The position numbers and the translations under genes are program-made. DNA of 20,277 bases from a virus. Within the stretch, counting starts at the first letter, position 1. Each line of letters starts with the position of its first letter. The stretch is taken from the IMG/VR virus record IMGVR_UViG_3300025480_000017; one strand, written 5' to 3'. Positions 14,731 through 20,277 of the stretch are shown piece after piece. The notes under the pieces were generated by a model. The model was not told where the DNA came from, did no database searches, and saw only the letters and a program-made list of their open reading frames with translations.

Positions 14731-14988
14731 TCAAACTCCTACCCATACGTTAGGAGTGTCTGTTACGCGCTGCTGGATTTCGGCTAGCGCCTTGTCACTC
14801 TCTGCTGCCAAAAGCCATTGAAAGTAATCACGCAAGGCGCAGATCGCGTCTTGGTGCGACAGTTTGTTCCACTGTTCTACTTTATCAAGCACAATACTTA
14901 TCGCTTGACAGGTTGTCGCACACCTTATCAGTTGCTCTTGCAGTGGCGTCTGTGCCTTCTCCGCCTCAGTCTGTTGTTTTCTTGGCAT
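14731..14988 (-). CDS. Hypothetical protein
   Basis: SD GGAGAGG upstream, and co-directional packing with neighbours. Confidence 0.65.
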   Translation of the reverse strand: MPRKQQTEAEKAQTPLQEQLIRCATTCQAISIVLDKVEQWNKLSHQDAICALRDYFQWLLAAESDKALAEIQQRVTDTPNVWVGV

Positions 14989-15211
14989 TGTTCCTCTCCC
15001 GATTGACTACCTTACAAGACTCTTGCGGATTTAATCCCAAGGATTCCCTAATAGCGTTTACAATCGAAATCGCTCCAATCAAAGAAGATGGAACCGTGTT
15101 TCCACTCAGGTCTATTGTTTTCAAAATAGTTCCACTGCTCGTATGGACTTCAAGAGTCGCTACACACGTCTCTCCGTGATGCTGATAATACATTTGAACG
15201 TTGTCTATCAC
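14966..15211 (-). CDS. Hypothetical protein, first gene of the leftward operon
   Basis: GTG start preceded by GGGAGAGG. No HTH signature. Confidence 0.65.
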   Translation of the reverse strand: MIDNVQMYYQHHGETCVATLEVHTSSGTILKTIDLSGNTVPSSLIGAISIVNAIRESLGLNPQESCKVVNRERNNAKKTTD

Positions 15212-15237
15212 GTTATCCTCTCCCGATTGCTAAAAAC

Positions 15238-15265
15238 ACTCTAAACCTTTTTTTTGCGCTTGTCA
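15238..15265 (-). promoter_or_regulatory. Leftward sigma70-type promoter
   Basis: TTGACA (15265-15260), 16-bp spacer, TAGAGT (15243-15238). Confidence 0.55.
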
Positions 15266-15419
15266 AGCATTATTTTCAGAAAATCCATGAATTTTTATGT
15301 CGTTTGTTTTCTACTACTTACGATTTTTACGGATTTTTCAAAGATCGTTTTTCCTGGCCGCATAGGAATTTCTAGAAAGCGCAGAATAATGATTCTAAAT
15401 GGCTTGCGAAAGATTTTGC

Positions 15420-15448
15420 TTGACAAACGGACAGCAGTTCGGTATGGT
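15420..15448 (+). promoter_or_regulatory. Rightward sigma70-type promoter
   Basis: TTGACA (15420-15425), 17-bp spacer, TATGGT (15443-15448). Confidence 0.6.
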
Positions 15449-15464
15449 TGATTTGTCTAACAAT

Positions 15465-15720
15465 CCCTGCGCAGGGGGCGTTAGATGTCCTTGTTGACTA
15501 TTCGCATCCGCAAAAGGTATAGGGGCCGTTCCTCAAGCGGCCCCACCCGCCGCATCGAATATCTATAAGGATTTCGGCTAGAGGCGGATTTAAGCGTAAT
15601 AGTCGGCTTATCACCGACAGAAAATTGAGGTTTTACTATGTCTGTCGCTCTATATGGGGCGGCGCAGACCGTTGTTATTTCTGCGTCTAAAATAGCTATT
15701 ACTTTAGGAGGAGATAGATA
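15465..15720 (+). promoter_or_regulatory. Structured 5' leader of the replication operon
   Basis: Hairpins at 15522-15544, 15547-15587, 15602-15618, 15615-15647 and 15662-15686, plus a 12-bp palindrome at 15465-15476. Confidence 0.55.
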
Positions 15721-15721
15721 A
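15638..15721 (+). CDS. Putative 27-aa leader peptide coupled to the initiator
   Basis: TGAGG SD at 15626-15630. MSVALYGAAQTVVISASKIAITLGGDR*, with the stop overlapping the initiator start as TAATG. Confidence 0.4.
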   Translation: MSVALYGAAQTVVISASKIAITLGGDR

Positions 15722-16545
15722 TGCCTCCTGCAAAATGGCGTGATTGGTATCCACACAAAATTGACAAGTGGCGCGGCTCTCTTGCCGTGCAGGGAATGAG
15801 TGACGGCGCTTATCGTGGCTATCACAATTTACTAATGTCTCAATGGCAGAGTTTTGATGGAAAACTTCCAACCACTGATAAAGAATTGGCGCGTCTTTCT
15901 GGTTTATTTTCCCGTTGGAACGAATTCAAAGAAGAGATCATGGAGAATTTTATCGAAGAGGAAGAAGGGGATCGTCTTTTGAATGTCGTTCAGTATGTAG
16001 AATGGCAGAGAGCTAAACAAGTTTCCGAGAAAAAAGGAAGAAAATCTCCAGAGTCAGGAGAGAGTCTGGATTTTTATAACCAGAGTGAGGACACAGAGTG
16101 GACACACGCGCGTGTGGATGTATCTGTACCTGTATTTGTAGAAGATAAACTACCTTTAGAAAATACATCTAAAGAAAATAAACCTGAATTATGGGTTCGT
16201 CTTTGGAATGAAAACCGAGGAATTTTGCCAGAGGTTAGAAAAATAACCAAAGACACATCCAAGGAAATTTTATCCAGAGCAAAAGAGTATTCCGATGATG
16301 AATTTATCGAAGCAGTGCAAATGTGTTCCCTGCTTCCGTTTTTACGGGGAGAAAACGACCGAAAATGGAAAGCGAGTCTTGGATGGCTACTGCGCGGTAA
16401 AACGTCAAGAAACGATGGTTCGATCATCGGGCAAGTTCTAAACGGAAAATACGGTGAGCGTCCTGCTCGTCAACCAGAATACGAAATTGTAGAAGTAAGC
16501 CCAGAACGATGGTGGAAAAAGGATTTGGCCGATGGCGCTCTCTGA
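15721..16545 (+). CDS. Phage replication initiator / replisome organiser (DUF1376/YdaU-like N-terminus)
   Basis: WYP....W......MS....G.Y..LL...W...G.LP.....LARL, a repeat-rich linker, a C-terminal W.ASLGWLLR....VLNGKY domain, and position just before the primase-helicase. Confidence 0.75.
   Translation: MPPAKWRDWYPHKIDKWRGSLAVQGMSDGAYRGYHNLLMSQWQSFDGKLPTTDKELARLSGLFSRWNEFKEEIMENFIEEEEGDRLLNVVQYVEWQRAKQVSEKKGRKSPESGESLDFYNQSEDTEWTHARVDVSVPVFVEDKLPLENTSKENKPELWVRLWNENRGILPEVRKITKDTSKEILSRAKEYSDDEFIEAVQMCSLLPFLRGENDRKWKASLGWLLRGKTSRNDGSIIGQVLNGKYGERPARQPEYEIVEVSPERWWKKDLADGAL
16044..16140. repeat. Candidate replication origin inside the initiator gene
   Basis: CCAGAGTCAGG (16048-16058), CCAGAGTGAGG (16080-16090), ACAGAGTG (16093-16100), palindrome CACACGCGCGTGTG (16103-16116), TGTAyy x3 (16119-16136). 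A-rich sequence follows. Confidence 0.4.
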
Positions 16546-18397
16546 GTTTACCCAATCCGAAATTGAGCAATACTACCGTATCCGCCTAGACCGTGCAGGG
16601 TTCCACCACGTCAAAGGAAACGAGTGGAGGTCAAAGTGTATCCTGCATGGCGGGGATAATCCTAATTCGCTATGGGTAGATTTAGAGAAAGGTGGTTTTT
16701 GCTGTTTTTCCTGCAACGAAAAAGGTGGAGGAATATACACATTTGAGCAAATACTTCTTCGTCATGAAAGCACTTCAGGACAAGCGCCGGAGACTGGGAA
16801 GGTCACAGAGTCGATTCACGGAGTTCTAGGTACTCCTTTCGTTCATCGGGTTTATCAGGAAGACGTTATCACGAAACCGAAAGGTTCGGGATGGGACCGC
16901 AAACGAGCGCAGGATTACTACATTTACCAAGATGAATTAGGTCGTGAACTTTACCGTGTTTGGAGGTTTGTAGACCGCAGTGGAAATAAAGTTACTCCAC
17001 CGGATCATCCCTGTCGTTGCCAAAAGAATCCAGATACAGAGTGCGAGGAAGGATGCGCAGATGGGCGTGTATGGGGCGCTAAGGACGTTAGGCGCGTTCT
17101 CTACCGGCTTCCAGATGTAATACAGTCGAGCTTTTGTTTTATTGTCGAAGGCGAAAAAGATGTAAATAACTTGAGTCGCGCTTTAGCTCTTTATATTTCA
17201 CGCACTAATGGTTTCAAGGTTGCGAATCTTTTACTTGACCGCGTAGGAGTAACTACAAACATGGGAGGATCGTCAGGATGGAAACCTGAGTACGAGTACG
17301 GGAAATACTTTACGGGAAAGATCGTTGTAAAACTAGGAGACAACGACGAAGCAGGTAGGTTACACGACGCGGCTGTATGCAAAGATGTTTCTAAGTACGC
17401 TCATCAACTTTACACGCTTGCTTTGCCTGTCGAAGAAAAGGGAGATATTACTGATTATCTAAAAAATCACTCGATAGAAGACTTGATTAAACTTATGGAG
17501 ACTGATCTAAAAAAGTGGAACGTAGTTAAGCCGAAAGAAACAAAGGTTGGAGAAAAAAACGAAGAAAGAATTGTGCTTGTCCATCCGGTTGATTTGACAG
17601 GGAAAGACAATAAGCCGCAGTGTGATTGGTTGGTAGAAGGGTTGATTGAACGAGGTCAACGTGGGCTAATCGTTGCTCCTCCAAAAGTAGGCAAGTCCCT
17701 AATGCTTCTTGATATGTGTGTATCTCTTGCTTCTATGACTCGTTTCCTTGGCGCTAACCCGTATCCGCGCCCTGTTAAGACAGCTATCATTAGCCGAGAG
17801 GATGGACCTGAGTTAGTAAAGAGGCGTCTTACACAACTTGCAGCAGGTCGCGGGTTAAGTTTACAGGATGTGAACTCTAATATATTAGTTAATACAGTGA
17901 AACAGTCTACCAGTTTTCATATTGACTCACAAAAAGAACGTGAAGAGATGGCAGAGTGGTTAAAAGCGTCTCATGTGGAGTTTTGCGTGATTGACGTTCT
18001 TAATAGACTTCACTACCAAAACGAAAACTCAACAGACGATATGACTAAAGTGATGTTGTTGTTTGACGAATTAGCTACTTTGTCAGGAGCGCAAGTCTGC
18101 GTAATTCATCACCTTGGACGAACAGGAAATTCGAGAGGTTCTACAACCATTGAAGGGTGGGCTGATTTTATTTGCAAATTAGAGCAAGACGCTCTTGACG
18201 ATTCGTTGAAAACTGTTACAATAAAGACAAAATCACGCGGGGCTATTGAACCGAGAACTGTCAAATACTGGCAATCTGATGACAAGGAACAGTCTAGGAT
18301 TCTTCTGGTGGAAAAGGTTGACAAACAAAGTAACTATAAAAAAACTACTCCACCGCCACAAGCGAACAAACCTTACAGTGACGACGATGACGACTAG
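16532..18397 (+). CDS. Primase-helicase: Zn-binding domain, TOPRIM, and RecA/RepA (AAA_25)-type helicase
   Basis: CILH...CCFSC, RRVLYRLP, IVEGEKD, LGDNDEAG, KGDITDY, WLVEGLI, APPKVGKS, ISRED, VIDVL, IHH, SRGST. Confidence 0.92.
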   Translation: MALSEFTQSEIEQYYRIRLDRAGFHHVKGNEWRSKCILHGGDNPNSLWVDLEKGGFCCFSCNEKGGGIYTFEQILLRHESTSGQAPETGKVTESIHGVLGTPFVHRVYQEDVITKPKGSGWDRKRAQDYYIYQDELGRELYRVWRFVDRSGNKVTPPDHPCRCQKNPDTECEEGCADGRVWGAKDVRRVLYRLPDVIQSSFCFIVEGEKDVNNLSRALALYISRTNGFKVANLLLDRVGVTTNMGGSSGWKPEYEYGKYFTGKIVVKLGDNDEAGRLHDAAVCKDVSKYAHQLYTLALPVEEKGDITDYLKNHSIEDLIKLMETDLKKWNVVKPKETKVGEKNEERIVLVHPVDLTGKDNKPQCDWLVEGLIERGQRGLIVAPPKVGKSLMLLDMCVSLASMTRFLGANPYPRPVKTAIISREDGPELVKRRLTQLAAGRGLSLQDVNSNILVNTVKQSTSFHIDSQKEREEMAEWLKASHVEFCVIDVLNRLHYQNENSTDDMTKVMLLFDELATLSGAQVCVIHHLGRTGNSRGSTTIEGWADFICKLEQDALDDSLKTVTIKTKSRGAIEPRTVKYWQSDDKEQSRILLVEKVDKQSNYKKTTPPPQANKPYSDDDDD

Positions 18398-18407
18398 GAG
18401 AGGAAAC

Positions 18408-18605
18408 ATGGAAGATACAACAATTTCACGCGACAGAGATTGTATGCCTAACGCCCGCGAAATTGCGAGCGAAAGCGATTTTCAAAAAGCGAAGGAACGA
18501 GGAGAAAGATTAGGCTTCAAAGATATTTTTCTTGACTCTTTTATTGAAAGAGAGTTGATAATGATGCAGAAGTGGAATAATCGAAGGTTGTACGAAAAAG
18601 GATAA
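18408..18605 (+). CDS. Hypothetical protein
   Basis: GGAGAGG SD before ATG 18408. The longer ORF-track call overlaps the helicase. Confidence 0.6.
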   Translation: MEDTTISRDRDCMPNAREIASESDFQKAKERGERLGFKDIFLDSFIERELIMMQKWNNRRLYEKG

Positions 18606-18610
18606 CCACA

Positions 18611-18790
18611 ATGCCAATTATCCGTCGCAAGAAAACAGGTGGACGAATAACGCATCCCATCATTAAAGCGTTCGTTCAAAGGTATAACTTGACAGAAAAA
18701 CAGAAAGAGTTTTTAATAAAGAATATCGTCCAAATATCGCTTTGTCATGGGGAAGAAGAAAGACGCTTAATTCTGGGAGTAAGCGCCTAA
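18611..18790 (+). CDS. 59-aa basic hypothetical protein, absent from the ORF track
   Basis: AAGGA SD, MPIIRRKKTGG...LGVSA*. Fills the gap. Confidence 0.55.
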   Translation: MPIIRRKKTGGRITHPIIKAFVQRYNLTEKQKEFLIKNIVQISLCHGEEERRLILGVSA

Positions 18791-18823
18791 TATACGGGAA
18801 CTATGATTCAAGGGAGAGAAAAA

Positions 18824-19318
18824 ATGAGCGCAATCGAGGTAAACGAAGCAGGTTTGATGAAGAGGCCGACACAGTACGACGAGTGTGTTAAGCGGAGAGC
18901 AGCAGAGTTAGCATTGCCAGAAGTTAAGGGATGGAATTTAGATATAGGTTCGGATGAGGATGTGATTAAATTTCTCATGAAACACATTAACCGTCTCGGA
19001 GGATATGAAATTGTAAAATCCATGGAATCCGATGGATGGGATAATGCCGATTCAGAGTTAGTTGAAATTATGGATGAAGATTTCATCGGAACAGCCGAGC
19101 GTGAACTTGTCAAGCAGTGGGTAAAGTGCTTAGGTGTGAAGTTGGAAATTCCTATTGGCACTCAGGTTCGCATCAAGAAACCACGGAAGGCTACGGAAGG
19201 TACTGGCGAAGTGGTCAATCACTATCCAGAAGAGGCGAAGTACGGTGTACGGACTCCAGATCTGGATAAAATGTCGAACTGGATTCTACTGCCAGAAGAT
19301 ATTGAGGTGGTGGAATGA
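18824..19318 (+). CDS. Hypothetical phage protein with a possible C-terminal SH3/KOW-like barrel
   Basis: AGGGAG SD before ATG 18824. C-terminal IPIGTQVRI...GTGEV...YGV. Confidence 0.75.
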   Translation: MSAIEVNEAGLMKRPTQYDECVKRRAAELALPEVKGWNLDIGSDEDVIKFLMKHINRLGGYEIVKSMESDGWDNADSELVEIMDEDFIGTAERELVKQWVKCLGVKLEIPIGTQVRIKKPRKATEGTGEVVNHYPEEAKYGVRTPDLDKMSNWILLPEDIEVVE

Positions 19319-19551
19319 TTGAACTTTACCGGCCACAACTCAAGGAAGAACTGCTGGAGTTGGTTCATAAACCAATTATCCAAAACCTTTTATACGACGC
19401 CGATCTTTTACCTGAGCAGCTTTCTGCGCAAAAGGAAATGACGGTAGGACTATTTGCAGCGTACAATCGACTTGAGGGCGTCCTGTTGGCGTTTAAGTAC
19501 CTTGAGTTGCAGGGTATCAATATCGAATCAGATAGTGAGGTGTCCGCATGA
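19315..19551 (+). CDS. Hypothetical protein
   Basis: ATGA overlaps at both ends. Confidence 0.7.
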   Translation: MIELYRPQLKEELLELVHKPIIQNLLYDADLLPEQLSAQKEMTVGLFAAYNRLEGVLLAFKYLELQGINIESDSEVSA

Positions 19552-19838
19552 AAGCATTTGTCAGCCAGCTCTACTCAAACGGAAAAAGTATTTCTAGCGA
19601 AAAGAAGATTCCTATTCACGTGGGTGATCTTAATGTCTCAGACGGCAAGCATCCTGTCTTGGGAAGACTCTGCATGGAAGCTGTTCTTTTGGCAGACAAC
19701 GGCCAAAACGCAATTCAACCACTCTACGATGCTCACCTGATTTTCATTGCTGCGAAAGGATTAAGGTTGCGCGGTTTTGAAGTAAACGCAGGTCGGGAGA
19801 CGGCGCAGGAGTGGTGGGTACGTTTTGAATTGGAGTAA
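19548..19838 (+). CDS. Hypothetical protein
   Basis: ATGA coupling and GAGGT SD. PLYDA.L....GLRLRGFE....QEW pattern. Confidence 0.7.
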   Translation: MKAFVSQLYSNGKSISSEKKIPIHVGDLNVSDGKHPVLGRLCMEAVLLADNGQNAIQPLYDAHLIFIAAKGLRLRGFEVNAGRETAQEWWVRFELE

Positions 19839-19840
19839 TT

Positions 19841-20032
19841 ATGGGTGAATCAACAACAATGCGGCAATGGTCATCGGCAGAGATTGCAAAGCCGACAGGA
19901 ACTCTTTGCGGACACCGGCAATGGAAGTTTCCCTATAAGACTTGCAACGAGCAACAGGGACACACTGGAGACCACTGCAGCACATCTCAGTGTGGAACTC
20001 AAGTAGTCAGAGTTTGGTGGTCTAAAGATTAA
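19841..20032 (+). CDS. Small Cys/His protein
   Basis: GGAG SD. C-x9-C-x4-GH-x-G-x-H motif. Confidence 0.6.
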   Translation: MGESTTMRQWSSAEIAKPTGTLCGHRQWKFPYKTCNEQQGHTGDHCSTSQCGTQVVRVWWSKD

Positions 20033-20034
20033 CG

Positions 20035-20277
20035 ATGAAACGTAGCTATATCCAGCGAAAACCTAAGAAGCAAAGGATTGAACGTATTCCTCTACCTTTT
20101 GCGAGGCCGAACGAAATGAAGAAAGAGCAACCAGCAGTAAAAGTAATGCGGGACAGAAGAGAAATCTGCAACCAGCTTACAAAGGCCGGAAGGGATGAGT
20201 ACGTGGCACGCAAGAAAGCAATGTGGGAGCGTCAAGGACGTAAATGTGGATTCCAGATTTCCCCACAGTGCAAGGAA
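20035..20277 (+). CDS. 5' part of a basic protein, possibly an HNH-type nuclease (runs off the window)
   Basis: MKRSYIQRK...EYVARKKAMWERQGRKCGFQISPQC, resembling the helix-plus-Cys lead-in of phage HNH proteins. Confidence 0.55.
   Translation, partial: MKRSYIQRKPKKQRIERIPLPFARPNEMKKEQPAVKVMRDRREICNQLTKAGRDEYVARKKAMWERQGRKCGFQISPQCKE

Noticed and set aside
15254-15825. ORFs 15254-15451 (+) and 15481-15825 (-) as repressor/Cro
   Set aside because: No HTH pattern or SD. They overlap the promoters, the leader hairpins and the initiator start.
18689-18717. Internal promoter TTGACA-17-TTTAAT
   Set aside because: The -10 lacks the conserved second A and lies within a probable CDS, so it is unsupported without transcript data.

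Overview
Early and replication region of a tailed bacteriophage or prophage, about 45% GC by eye, with no structural genes in the window. It has three blocks. (1) 1-3025, + strand: the tail of a heptapeptide-repeat protein, a strongly structured ~145-nt intergenic RNA, a small ORF interrupted by a ~68% GC mosaic of two host gene fragments (miaA on +, glutamate synthase small subunit gltD/sudA-like on -), several small Zn-ribbon proteins and a serine recombinase, ending at a bidirectional terminator. (2) 3111-15211, - strand operon, read from its promoter end: two small ORFs, RecT, an SPFH lipoprotein, a Prs-like plus Nampt-like pair matching the NARP1 NAD+ reconstitution anti-defence pathway, a translationally coupled radical SAM enzyme, a Cas4/RecB-like nuclease, an AAA+ ATPase, a Rad50/SbcC-like ATPase, an HNH nuclease and a phage metallopeptidase. 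An antisense multi-zinc-finger ORF is wedged between the two NARP1 genes. (3) 15721-20277, + strand: a DUF1376/YdaU-like replication initiator, a primase-helicase and small hypotheticals. Blocks 2 and 3 diverge from back-to-back sigma70-type promoters with no cI/cro genes between them, and a multi-hairpin leader with a coupled leader peptide precedes the initiator. All family assignments come from motif recognition by eye; no searches were run.
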